From: Myxococcota bacterium
Lineage (GTDB): Bacteria > Myxococcota_A > UBA9160 > UBA4427
DNA: 64,000 nucleotides
Assembly (NCBI GenBank): GCA_965250285.1
Contig: OZ252299.1
Coordinates: 1,632,001-1,696,000, forward strand
Direction: 5' to 3'
The notes beneath the pieces were generated by a model. It saw only the letters and a list, made by a program, of their open reading frames with translations. It made no database searches and had not been told where the DNA came from. The translations under genes and the position numbers were made by a program. This document shows, piece by piece, positions 31,376 through 40,755 of this stretch (positions within the stretch are counted from its first letter, which is position 1; the number at the start of each line of letters is the position of its first letter).

Positions 31376-32182
31376 TCAGTCGACCGGGTCGGCCCGCTCG
31401 GCTGCATCGTGATCGTCGAATCGACCGTGCCGCCCCTTGCCCGATGCAAAACGCTTCGCGCCCTCGAGCGTCTCGCCCGACTGGATGACCTCGAGGCCGA
31501 TGCGGCTCTCCTCGGTCAGGGCCGCTTCGAGTTCGAGATCCCACTGTCGATACGACGAGATGCGATCGCCCCGCAGACAGCGCTGCGGGAAGCGCGCGAG
31601 GTCGGCTGCGAGTTCGAGGGCCGCGTCGAGGGCCAGGCCCGGCTCCACCAGTCGATTCGCCAGCCCCATACGCAGGGCCTCGTCGCCCGAGACGCCGCGG
31701 CCGGTGAGGATCAGGTCGAGGGCGTGGCTATGGCCGAGCATGCGCGAGAGGCGAACCGTTCCCCCGTCGACGAGCGGGACGCCCCAGCGGCGACAATAGA
31801 CGCCGAATACGGCGTCTCGTGCAGCGACCCGCAGGTCGCACCAGATGGCGAGCTCGAGCCCGCCTGCAACCGCGTGTCCCTCGACAGCGGCGATCACCGG
31901 CTTGGTCATGAGCATCCGCGTGGGGCCCATCGGCCCCTGAAGGTCATCGAGGCGAACGCGGTTGCCACGGCCGGTCGAGGCCGCCTTGAGATCGGCGCCC
32001 GCACAGAAGGTGCCGCCCGCGCCAACGAGCACGGCGGCCGCAACGTCGGTCTCGTCCTCGACGCGCAGAAAGGCCTCGCGCAGCGCGGTGGCCGTGGGCT
32101 GGTCGACGGCGTTCCGCACGTCGGGGCGATCGATGGTCACGATCGCGGTGGCGCCACGCACTTCATAGTGAACGTTCGACAT
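31376..32182 (-). CDS. Enoyl-CoA hydratase/isomerase family
   Basis: FCAGADLK, KPVIAAVEGHAVAGGLELA, RRWGVPLVDGG. Confidence 0.93.
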   Translation of the reverse strand: MSNVHYEVRGATAIVTIDRPDVRNAVDQPTATALREAFLRVEDETDVAAAVLVGAGGTFCAGADLKAASTGRGNRVRLDDLQGPMGPTRMLMTKPVIAAVEGHAVAGGLELAIWCDLRVAARDAVFGVYCRRWGVPLVDGGTVRLSRMLGHSHALDLILTGRGVSGDEALRMGLANRLVEPGLALDAALELAADLARFPQRCLRGDRISSYRQWDLELEAALTEESRIGLEVIQSGETLEGAKRFASGKGRHGRFDDHDAAERADPVD

Positions 32183-32279
32183 GGGGGCTCCAGGACGCGG
32201 CCTGTCACTTGCACCGCGGTCGGTCGCGTCGAGTGCAGGCGCGGGGCGGTGCGAGGAGGCGGGGTGGGCCGACGCTCAC

Positions 32280-33272
32280 TCAGAGGCCGGTCACGCTCCC
32301 TCGCGAGTTGATCTTGGTGATCACCTGCGCGAGCAGGGGCTCGATCGGAAAGGCTTCGTACCATTCGGGGGCGCCGGGATGCCGGACGGTGGTCGTGCCG
32401 ACCAGCCGAAACGCCCAGCCTTCTTCGCTGGCGCGTTTCGCGACATCGGTGAGTCGATCCCAGGCCGGGCCCGAGAGCACCGGGTGCGCGCAGGCCACGG
32501 TGATGTCGGTCGCGCCTCGGCTCTTCAGCTCTTCGACCGCGGCGACCACTGACCCTGCGGTGTCGATGATGTCGTCGACGAGCAGCACGCTGCGATCGCT
32601 CACGTCGCCGATCAGCGTCGATCGGCTGACCACGTTGGGGCGCGAGTAGTCGCGTTCCTTCGAGAGGCCGGCGAGGTCGGCCTCCATGCGCTCTGCATAG
32701 CGGCGGGCCCGCTCCATGCCGCCGACGTCGGGCGAGACGACGACGTCGCCACCGATGCCGCGGTCCTGCATCCAGTTCACCATGTGCTTGGTGAGGTAGA
32801 CGGTCTCGAGCGTTGTGCGACTGGCGTCGAACATGCCGGCGATCGCATCGTTGTGGATCTCGACCGTCAGCACGCGGTGGGCCCCCGCGGCGCTCAGCAT
32901 GCGCGCAAACAGTCCGGCGCTGATGCCCTCGCGCATGCGCCCCTTGCGCTTGTCCTGGCGCGCGCCGGGGTAGTAGGGGAGGACGGCCGTCACGAACATC
33001 GCGTCGGCGAGCTTCGCCGCCTCGACAGCGTGGAGCTGCATGACGAATCGGTCGTAGACGGTGTGCTCGTCGCCGACGCCGACGCAGTTCTGGAAGACAT
33101 AGGCATCACAGCCGCGGATGTTCGCGTCGATGACGACCTTGCCCTCGCCGCAGGCGAACCACGTCTCGGTCGACGGGAGCCGCCGGAGGCGGAGCTCGGC
33201 CGACACCAGATCGGCGAGGTCGCGCCCCGCGTTGCAGGCGAGCATCGCCAGGGGTGCGATCTGCGTTCCCAT
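32280..33272 (-). CDS. prs: Ribose-phosphate pyrophosphokinase (divergent)
   Basis: FACGE, PYYPGARQDK, VSPDVGG, LVDDIIDTAGS PRPP-binding motif. Confidence 0.88.
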   Translation of the reverse strand: MGTQIAPLAMLACNAGRDLADLVSAELRLRRLPSTETWFACGEGKVVIDANIRGCDAYVFQNCVGVGDEHTVYDRFVMQLHAVEAAKLADAMFVTAVLPYYPGARQDKRKGRMREGISAGLFARMLSAAGAHRVLTVEIHNDAIAGMFDASRTTLETVYLTKHMVNWMQDRGIGGDVVVSPDVGGMERARRYAERMEADLAGLSKERDYSRPNVVSRSTLIGDVSDRSVLLVDDIIDTAGSVVAAVEELKSRGATDITVACAHPVLSGPAWDRLTDVAKRASEEGWAFRLVGTTTVRHPGAPEWYEAFPIEPLLAQVITKINSRGSVTGL

Positions 33273-33436
33273 GCGTCTCCTTCCGGGGGGCGTCGCGACG
33301 ACTATACTACGCCATCCCCGACACGGCGGTGGGGGCCGCGGGTTCGGCTCGAGGTGAAGAGCCGGGCCCATCGGTTGATTCGGTACGAAGGGGTGTGCCG
33401 GTCAGTGGGTGGGCGAGAGAGGTGGATCGGCGCGTG

Positions 33437-34264
33437 ATGGCACGCCGTCGAATCGGGGCACAGCGCGCGTTGACCAGCCAGAACACGACATCCGCCGGGC
33501 GCGCGACATCGCGCGAGGGCCATGGCTGGTGGCCCTATCTGTTGCCCTACGTGGGCTTCCTGCTCGCGGTCGAGGTCGCCGGTCGCGTCACCGATTGGGA
33601 GGTGCGCGGCGCCCTCCCGTACGGCACCGGCCTCGCCATGCTCGCGTTCAAGCCGGCCGTGCCCGTCGCACTGATCGCCTGGTTCTGGCGCCAGGGCGCG
33701 TATCCCGAGCTGCGTGGCGCCTGGAAGGGCCTGGGGGGCTTCGGCGGCGTGGCATCGGACGTCGTCGTGGGTCTGGCGCTCACCGTGCTCTGGGCGCTGC
33801 CCTACGTGTTCATCCCCGGGATCCGGCCCGAGGACACTTCGGGCTTCGATGCCGACCAGTGGGGCGAGTCGATGCGCGGCGTTGCGCTCGCGCTCCGCAT
33901 GGCCGGCTACGCGCTGGTGACGCCGCTGTTCGAAGAGCTGTTCATCCGCAGCTTCGTCATGCGCTACGCCGATGTCTACGGGACGAACGGCGACTTCAGG
34001 GACCGCCCGATCGCGGTCTATACGGCGCGCAGCTTCATCGTGACGATCGTCGTCTTCACGATGGGCCACGTGCCCTGGGAGTGGTGGGTGGCCGTGCCCT
34101 GGGTCGCGCTCACGAATCTCTGGTTCTACCGGCGCCAGAGTCTGTTGGCCGTCATGATCGTTCACGGCGTGACGAACGCGGCGCTCTTGCTGCTGGCGAT
34201 CTACGGTCACGGCTGGTTCACCGATGCCGATGGCACGCCGCTCTCGCTCTGGTTCTTCGTCTAG
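33437..34264 (+). CDS. CPBP/type II CAAX intramembrane protease (PEP-CTERM-associated CAAX-related type)
   Basis: EELFIRS, FTMGH, HGVTN motifs; AYPEL; multi-TM. Confidence 0.85.
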   Translation: MARRRIGAQRALTSQNTTSAGRATSREGHGWWPYLLPYVGFLLAVEVAGRVTDWEVRGALPYGTGLAMLAFKPAVPVALIAWFWRQGAYPELRGAWKGLGGFGGVASDVVVGLALTVLWALPYVFIPGIRPEDTSGFDADQWGESMRGVALALRMAGYALVTPLFEELFIRSFVMRYADVYGTNGDFRDRPIAVYTARSFIVTIVVFTMGHVPWEWWVAVPWVALTNLWFYRRQSLLAVMIVHGVTNAALLLLAIYGHGWFTDADGTPLSLWFFV

Positions 34265-34294
34265 GACTGGGGGAGCGGCCGTGCCGGTGGATGC

Positions 34295-34621
34295 TCAGGC
34301 GGCGCCGCGGTGTCCCAGGCGGATGCGCTGGGCCATGTCGGTCAACTCGACCAGGCCGGCCCGCGCGTCGTCGGGCTTGCCATCTTCGGCGGCGCGCGCG
34401 ACGCCGCGCGCGATCTGCGACAGGCCGGGGAACCCGCAGCGGTCTGCGTCCCGCGCGAGATTCAGCGAGAAGTCGCGCAGCGGCTCCCACTGGGCCGACG
34501 CTTCGGCGTCCTGAAGGTCGTCGACCTCCTCGGCGAGCTTGATCACGAACGAGCTGATGTCGTCGGCGAGGTCGGGATCGTCTTCCAGAAAGCTGCGGAT
34601 GGCCGTCTTGCGTTCGCCCAT
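34295..34621 (-). CDS. HPt-like four-helix protein lacking the phospho-accepting His
   Basis: DDPDLADDISSFV...WEPLRDFSLNLARDADRCGFPGLSQIA follows the HPt pattern, with SLNLAR in place of AHxLKG. Confidence 0.55.
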   Translation of the reverse strand: MGERKTAIRSFLEDDPDLADDISSFVIKLAEEVDDLQDAEASAQWEPLRDFSLNLARDADRCGFPGLSQIARGVARAAEDGKPDDARAGLVELTDMAQRIRLGHRGAA

Positions 34622-34667
34622 GGGGCCGCGTATCGGCGGCTCTCATGCGCAGATTGAGGATGGCGAC

Positions 34668-35306
34668 CTATCGCTGCTCGGTGAGGAAGAGCGGGAGGCG
34701 AACCACGGTCCCCTCCCGGGTCGTGATCTCGAGCTCGAGCTTCCGTGGTGATCGGAATTCGGCGAGCGCCCGCTCGGCGTCGCTCGACCGCGCGGGTTGT
34801 CGCAGCCAGGCGGTCGCACCGGCGAAGTCTTCGACCCGAGCGGGCGGCTCGCCGGGTCCCACGATCTCGACCCGGAGGCGGCCTCGGACCACTTCGAACT
34901 CGAATCCGCGTTCGCGCTTGAGCGCCCGCTCGAAGTCGCGCTGGGCGGTCTCGGGATGCGATGTGCCGTTGTAGCGAGTCTGCAGTTTTCCGATCAGATT
35001 GGGCACCTCGGTTCCGACCACGTCGAAACAGCGCTCGGCGTCGGCCACCTGCATGTCGATGAACCGAATCTCGATCTCGGTGCGGCCCGGAAGCGGATTC
35101 TTTGCGGGCTCGATCAGCACACGACGGATGCCCCGCACCGTCTCGTCACCGATGCGGCAGAACACCGGCGACGCCCAGTTGCCGCGCGCCCAAGCGGTGA
35201 TCGCATCTCCGAGACTGGGAGCGCCCTGAGCGCGGGCAGGGCTGGCGGAGAGCGCGGCTGCGAAGAGCAGGGGGAAGAGCATCGATCGAAGCGCGGGGCC
35301 GGTCAT
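34668..35306 (-). CDS. Hypothetical exported protein
   Basis: Signal-like LFPLLFAAALSASPARA; natural composition; stop close to the next gene. Confidence 0.65.
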   Translation of the reverse strand: MTGPALRSMLFPLLFAAALSASPARAQGAPSLGDAITAWARGNWASPVFCRIGDETVRGIRRVLIEPAKNPLPGRTEIEIRFIDMQVADAERCFDVVGTEVPNLIGKLQTRYNGTSHPETAQRDFERALKRERGFEFEVVRGRLRVEIVGPGEPPARVEDFAGATAWLRQPARSSDAERALAEFRSPRKLELEITTREGTVVRLPLFLTEQR

Positions 35307-35421
35307 GGGCGGGGCAGCGTCCTGCAGCGGGGCCGGTACGGGCGGCGGGAGCATACCGGGGACGCGGCCGGGCCGACAGGCGCGCAGCAGGCAGGCGCTC
35401 GCCGCTTCCTCGCGGGATGCG

Positions 35422-35451
35422 TTGACAGATCTCGGCGTCGTGCTGCACGCT
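35422..35451 (+). promoter_or_regulatory. Putative sigma70 promoter, possibly leaderless transcript
   Basis: TTGACA-N18-CACGCT ending 6 nt before the ATG at 35458. Confidence 0.4.
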
Positions 35452-35457
35452 CGGGGC

Positions 35458-35742
35458 ATGCACTGTCATGCCTGCGACGCCGAGCTGTCGCTCGGCCCCG
35501 GCGAGCGGCTCGGTTTTCGGGACTCGTGCGAGCGATGCGGCGCCGACCTGCACGTCTGCAAGAACTGCGCGCACTACGACACGACGGCCTACAACGAGTG
35601 CCGCGAATCGGGGGCGGAGCGGGTGCTCGACAAGGAGCGCGCGAACCGCTGCGACTGGTTCAGCCCCGGTGAGTCGCGCGGTGGCGACGGGTCGTCACGC
35701 TCTTCGGCCATCGCCGATCTCGAGAACCTCTTCAAGAAGTAG
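35458..35742 (+). CDS. Small Cys-rich (zinc-ribbon-like) protein
   Basis: CHAC, CERC, CKNC, ECRE, ANRCDWF, ends LENLFKK. Confidence 0.8.
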   Translation: MHCHACDAELSLGPGERLGFRDSCERCGADLHVCKNCAHYDTTAYNECRESGAERVLDKERANRCDWFSPGESRGGDGSSRSSAIADLENLFKK

Positions 35743-35793
35743 TCTCGGCCCGCAGTGCGGTCGGCCGGCCCGCGGTGGCGTCACCGCGCGGGC

Positions 35794-36768
35794 TCAGCGC
35801 GCCACGGCGCCTTTCGACAGCAGGTCGTCGAAGTACGCGATCGTCTTCTCGAGGCCGGCGCGCAGCTCGACACGTGGGGCCCAGTCGAGCTCGCGCTGCG
35901 CCAGGCCAATGTCGGGGCGGCGCCGGATCGGATCGTCGTCGGGCAGGGGGTGGTGTTCGATGGGCGATGCGCTGCCCGTGATGTCGAGGACCAGCTCGGC
36001 GAGCTCCCGCATGGTGTTCTCTACGGGATTGCCGAGGTTGACCGGGCCCGTGAACTCGGCCGGGCTGTCCATCAGCGAGATCAGTCCATCGATCAGATCG
36101 TCGACGAAGCAGAACGAGCGCGTTTGCTCGCCGTCCCCGTACAGCGTGATCGGCTCGCCGCGCAGCGCCTGCATCGCGAAGTTCGAAACGACGCGACCAT
36201 CGTCGGGTGCCATGCGGGGGCCGTAGGTGTTGAAGATGCGGGCCACCTTGACCTCGAGGTCGACCTGCCGGTGGTAGTCGAAGAAGAGGGTCTCGGCACA
36301 GCGCTTGCCCTCGTCGTAGCAGGCGCGGCGGCCGACGGGGTTCACGTGGCCCCAGTAGTCCTCGGTCTGGGGGTGGATCTGTGGATCGCCGTACACCTCG
36401 CTCGTCGAGGCCTGCAGGATGCGCGCGCCGACGCGCTTCGCGAGCCCGAGCATGTTGATCGCGCCGTGCACGCTCGTCTTGGTCGTCTGGATCGGATACC
36501 GCTGGTAGTGCGGCGGGCTCGCCGGGCACGCGAGGTTGTAGATCTGGTCGACCTCGACGTACAGGGGGAACGTCACGTCATGGCGCATGATTTCGAAGTA
36601 GGGCTGGTCGGCAAGGTGAACGACGTTTCGCTTCGAACCTGTATAGAAGTTGTCGACGCACAGCACGTCATGACCGGCCGAGAGCAGGCGGTCGCAGAGA
36701 TGTGATCCGAGAAAGCCGGCACCGCCGGTCACGAGAACGCGTCGCGGTCGATGCGAGGGGGTCGACAT
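35794..36768 (-). CDS. UDP-glucuronate decarboxylase (UDP-xylose synthase)
   Basis: [53 protein letters not shown]. Confidence 0.95.
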   Translation of the reverse strand: MSTPSHRPRRVLVTGGAGFLGSHLCDRLLSAGHDVLCVDNFYTGSKRNVVHLADQPYFEIMRHDVTFPLYVEVDQIYNLACPASPPHYQRYPIQTTKTSVHGAINMLGLAKRVGARILQASTSEVYGDPQIHPQTEDYWGHVNPVGRRACYDEGKRCAETLFFDYHRQVDLEVKVARIFNTYGPRMAPDDGRVVSNFAMQALRGEPITLYGDGEQTRSFCFVDDLIDGLISLMDSPAEFTGPVNLGNPVENTMRELAELVLDITGSASPIEHHPLPDDDPIRRRPDIGLAQRELDWAPRVELRAGLEKTIAYFDDLLSKGAVAR

Positions 36769-36840
36769 CTCAGTCGCTCCTTTCTGTGTGCGCCGTGTCG
36801 CCGCCTGCCAATGACGGCTTCGCGACGATCGCCGCCGGGT

Positions 36841-37584
36841 TCAAAGCGGCGCCCGTTTGAAGACGAAGTCGGGCAGCCAGCGGATCGCGGTCATGATGAA
36901 GCGCCAGAAGAACGGGGAGTAGACGACAGCGCGGTCTCGGTCGATGGCGCGCAGCGCATCCTGCGCGACACGCTCGGGCGGCGCGGCCAGAAAGACGCCC
37001 TCGCGTCCGAACGTGAGCGGCGTGTCGACGAAGCCCGGTCGAACGTCGACGACCCGCACGCCCACCGACGCGAGGCGAACGCGCAGCCCCGAGAGCAGCG
37101 TCTGGAGCGCGGCCTTCGATGCGCCGTAGACGTAGTTGCTGGCGCGCCCGCGATCTCCGGCGACCGAGCTGACGGCGCAGATCCAGCCCTGCTGCTCTTG
37201 CTCGAGGGCGCTGGCGACGCGCTCGAGGATCTGGGCCGTCGACGTGACGTTCGTCTCGATCATCCGAGCGGTGGCGGCCGGATCGCTGCGAGCAGTCGCC
37301 TCGTCGGCCATCGTGCCGTACGCGAGGAAGACGCCCCCGAACCGGCCCCCGCAGCGCTCGCGCAGGCGCGCGAAGAAGAGGGGATCCGCGGCATCCTTCG
37401 TCGCTTCGAACTCGAGGGCATCGGCCGCGACCCCGAAGCGCACGCGCAGATCCTCGGCGCTGCGGCGGGCCTCGGCGCCGTCGCGCGCGCAGAGCACGAC
37501 GTCGTGGCCGCGCGCAGCGGATGCGCGGGCAAAGGCCTGGCCGATGGCCGAGGTGGCGCCGAGCACGACGATGGGATCGTTCAT
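36841..37584 (-). CDS. DprE2-like SDR reductase
   Basis: LGATSAIG, SSVAGDRGRASNYVYGASK, RPGFVDT; ATGA-coupled to the DprE1-like gene. Confidence 0.85.
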   Translation of the reverse strand: MNDPIVVLGATSAIGQAFARASAARGHDVVLCARDGAEARRSAEDLRVRFGVAADALEFEATKDAADPLFFARLRERCGGRFGGVFLAYGTMADEATARSDPAATARMIETNVTSTAQILERVASALEQEQQGWICAVSSVAGDRGRASNYVYGASKAALQTLLSGLRVRLASVGVRVVDVRPGFVDTPLTFGREGVFLAAPPERVAQDALRAIDRDRAVVYSPFFWRFIMTAIRWLPDFVFKRAPL

Positions 37585-38954
37585 GTGGCCCCCGTCAGCC
37601 CCAGCCGGCGCGAGAGCGACGACGAGAAGCGCCCGTGCGGGTCGACGGCTTGCTTGACAGCACGCCAGCGTTCGAGATTCGGGTACATCAGCGGCACGTG
37701 CTCGGCGCGCAGGCACGAATCCTTCGCCAGGTAGACCCGCCCGCCGGCCTCGAGCACGAGCTCGTCGAGCCCGTGCAGCAGCGCCGTCAGCGCGTCATCC
37801 GGATAGGGGAAGTCGACCGAGAGCGTGAGGCCCGGCCGGGGGAACGAGAGCAGCCCGTCGCCTTCGTCGCCCATGCTCTTGATCACGCCGAGGAAGCTCG
37901 GCCGACGCGATGCCGCGATGCGCTCGATCATTCGCTTCACAGTGTCGCGGGCGCGGTCGGTCGGGATCACGACCTGATACTGCAGCACGCCGCGGCGGCC
38001 GTAGATGCGGTTCCAGCGGTGGATCGCGTCGAGGGGGTAGAAGTACTGCTCGAAGTTGACGACCGCCTCACCGGGTCGGTTCGCGGCGTAGTAGAGCGCG
38101 TTGAACGCCGCCGTCGCGAAGCGGTTCATCAGGCCCGACGGCATCGAGAAGGGCACGGTCAGCTGCGTGGGCGGCGAGATCTCGAGCGGCCTCGCGCGCT
38201 GCTCGGCTGGCACTTCGGCGACCGTGGCCTCGTCGGCGCGCAGCAGGACGGCCCGGCCCATGTGGCGGCCGCGCGTTTGGCAGTCGATCCAGTTGACCGC
38301 GTATCCGTGCGCACGGTCGCCTTCGATGACGCGCTCGAGCGTCTCGTCGATGTCGCCGGTGCGGGTCGTGACGCTGCGAACCCAGGCCGTCTCGACCGGC
38401 TTCAGCTGGATCTTCGCGTCGAGCACGATCCCGGTGAGGCCCATGCCACCCACGGTGGCGTGGAAGAGATCGGGCCGGATCGATGGAGCGCAGACGACCC
38501 GCTCGCCGTCTGCGAGCCGAACCGTGAGCTCGCGGAGGAACCCGCCGATGCTGCCGTCGCGGTGATGGTTCTTGCCGTGCACGTCCGCCGCGACGGCGCC
38601 TCCGACGCTGATGTGTTTCGTGCCCGGGGTGACCGGAAAGAACCAGCCCCGTGGCAGCAGCAGGTCGATGATCTCGGGGAGCGTGACCCCCGCCTCGCAG
38701 TGGAGCAGGCCCGTCTCTTCGTCGAACGCGAGGAACCGATCGAGGCGCTCGGTCGAGACGACACCCTGGCCGGCGTTCAGCGCCGCGTCGCCGTAGGCGC
38801 GGCCCCGACCCCGGGCGATCAGGCCGGGGGCGTCTTCCGAAACGACGAGCGGTCGGGTCGATGTGGCGCGCTCGGGGCGAAAGACCCGGCAGCGTTCGAC
38901 CGGGTGATGGCCCCAGCCGAAGAGCGTCTGCTCTTCGCTCGGCGGCGCGCTCAC
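37581..38954 (-). CDS. DprE1-like FAD-dependent oxidoreductase
   Basis: RGRGRAYGDAA, PVTPGT, DVHGKNHH, FYPLD, LQYQ, RVYLAKDS. Confidence 0.9.
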   Translation of the reverse strand: MSAPPSEEQTLFGWGHHPVERCRVFRPERATSTRPLVVSEDAPGLIARGRGRAYGDAALNAGQGVVSTERLDRFLAFDEETGLLHCEAGVTLPEIIDLLLPRGWFFPVTPGTKHISVGGAVAADVHGKNHHRDGSIGGFLRELTVRLADGERVVCAPSIRPDLFHATVGGMGLTGIVLDAKIQLKPVETAWVRSVTTRTGDIDETLERVIEGDRAHGYAVNWIDCQTRGRHMGRAVLLRADEATVAEVPAEQRARPLEISPPTQLTVPFSMPSGLMNRFATAAFNALYYAANRPGEAVVNFEQYFYPLDAIHRWNRIYGRRGVLQYQVVIPTDRARDTVKRMIERIAASRRPSFLGVIKSMGDEGDGLLSFPRPGLTLSVDFPYPDDALTALLHGLDELVLEAGGRVYLAKDSCLRAEHVPLMYPNLERWRAVKQAVDPHGRFSSSLSRRLGLTGAT

Positions 38955-40573
38955 CAGGCCGCTCCGGCGATCGTCAGGCCCATCAGGAGGGCGGCGATCC
39001 AGCTCACGGGGTCGGTCGTCGCGAACACGACCGGGTCTTCGTGCAGCTCGTCGCGGCGAGCGAGAAACCACACCCGCGCGATCCAGTAGAACATGATCGG
39101 GCAGAGCGCCCAGAGCAGCGCGGGCCGGGCGTACAGCTCGCTGCTCTCGCTGCTGGCGTTCACGAAGAGGCAGAGCACGAGCACGCTGATGAAGCCCGAC
39201 GCGATGCCCATCGCGGCGACGAACGGCGCGTCGTCGTGGCGGTACGCGCGTCGATTGCCGAGCACCCGCTCGGCCTGCGCCGCGTCACTGATCTCGACGT
39301 AACGCTTCACGAGCGCGAGGCTCAAGAAGAAGAATGCCGAGAACGCGAGGAGCCACGGAGACACGGTTACGTCGGCCGCAACCCCGCCCGCGAGGATCCG
39401 GTGGGTGTAGAGGCCGGCGAGCACCATCACGTCGAGGAGCAGGACCTCCTTGAACGAGAACGTGTACGCGGTGGTGAGCACGGCGTAGATCAAGAGCATC
39501 GCCGTGCAAGCCGCGGGCAGCGTGAGCGCCGATGCAGCGAGCGCGCCCAGGATCAGCAGTGGAGCCAGGACGAAGCCGGACGAGAGCGGCAGGGCGCCCG
39601 ACGCGAAGGGGCGGGCTCGCTTGCGCGGATGACGCCGGTCGGCCTCGACGTCCATCAGATCGTTCAAGACGTAGGTGCCCGATGCGACGCCGCAGAACGT
39701 GGCGATTGCCATGAGCACGCGCGCGATGTGGTCGACGTCGGCGATGCGGTGGGCGAGGAGCAGCGGCAGCAGGAGGAGGGCGTTCTTCGTCCATTGATGG
39801 GGGCGCAGTGCGCGCACGAGCGCTCGCCCACGTTGCGGCGCTGCTTCGCTGGCGTCGAGTCGATCGATGGGGAGCCCGGCGCGTTCGAGTTCGGTCGCGA
39901 GCGCTCCGCGATCACCGGCCACCGTGGCGCGACCCGCTCGCCGCCAGATCTCGACGTCGGCCGCCGAGTCACCGACGTACTCGAAGCCGACGTCGGACTG
40001 CCCGAGCTGGGCCAGGTGGGCCTCGATCGCGTCTCGCTTCGCGGCGCCCTTCAGGTTCGTTGCGCCGTCGGTCGCGATCACGTCGTCGAAGACGCCGAGG
40101 TACTGCGCGACGGCTTCGACCCACGGGCGGGGGCTTGCGCTCGCCAGCACCACGGGTCGGCCTTCGGCCCGGGCCTGGTGGATGTAGTCGAGGACCTCGG
40201 GCCGATACGGCAGCGTGTCGACCGGCAGTCGAATGCGATCGGCCCATTCGGCCTTCAGGCGGACGCGGCCTCGGGCGAGCCAGGCAGGTCCCATCACGAC
40301 GGAGCCGGGCCGCTCACGCAGGAGCGCCCGCAGCGCCTCCCAGAGCAGATCGGTGGCAGCGAGGGTGCCATCCAGATCCACGTAGAGCGGGCGTCCGGTG
40401 CGGGGGCGCGCCGTCTCGGGATGGTCCGCGGTCTCCGGCTTCAACGAGGCCCTTCCAGGCGGTCGCGCGCGCGATCGTGGCTCGGCGCGACCCGATTCGA
40501 GAGGGGGTTTCGGTAATGTAGGGCCTTCGGCCAGCGAAGTGACGGCGCGAAGAGTGCATCGCCCAATCGACAT
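38951..40573 (-). CDS. HAD-domain + UbiA-family prenyltransferase fusion (polyprenyl-phosphate phosphoribosyltransferase / NoeC-like)
   Basis: LYVDLDGTL, YVGDS HAD motifs; LRPHQWTKN, NDLMDVEADRRHPRKRARPFASG, KRYVE, EDPV; start uncertain. Confidence 0.88.
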   Translation of the reverse strand: MSIGRCTLRAVTSLAEGPTLPKPPLESGRAEPRSRARPPGRASLKPETADHPETARPRTGRPLYVDLDGTLAATDLLWEALRALLRERPGSVVMGPAWLARGRVRLKAEWADRIRLPVDTLPYRPEVLDYIHQARAEGRPVVLASASPRPWVEAVAQYLGVFDDVIATDGATNLKGAAKRDAIEAHLAQLGQSDVGFEYVGDSAADVEIWRRAGRATVAGDRGALATELERAGLPIDRLDASEAAPQRGRALVRALRPHQWTKNALLLLPLLLAHRIADVDHIARVLMAIATFCGVASGTYVLNDLMDVEADRRHPRKRARPFASGALPLSSGFVLAPLLILGALAASALTLPAACTAMLLIYAVLTTAYTFSFKEVLLLDVMVLAGLYTHRILAGGVAADVTVSPWLLAFSAFFFLSLALVKRYVEISDAAQAERVLGNRRAYRHDDAPFVAAMGIASGFISVLVLCLFVNASSESSELYARPALLWALCPIMFYWIARVWFLARRDELHEDPVVFATTDPVSWIAALLMGLTIAGAAW

Positions 40574-40755
40574 AGTCGCGCCGCCGTTTCTTTGACACCT
40601 CCAGTCGTGCGGGTCGCACCCACTTCCTGCATGATCCCCCCCGGTTCGGGTGGTTCGGAACCCCGCCAGGAGGGGGGAACCATCCGGGGCCGAGGGGATT
40701 CCGATCGGGAGTCCAGTCGGCCTGGACCCGTCCCAGCACAGCGGAGCTCGACCGA

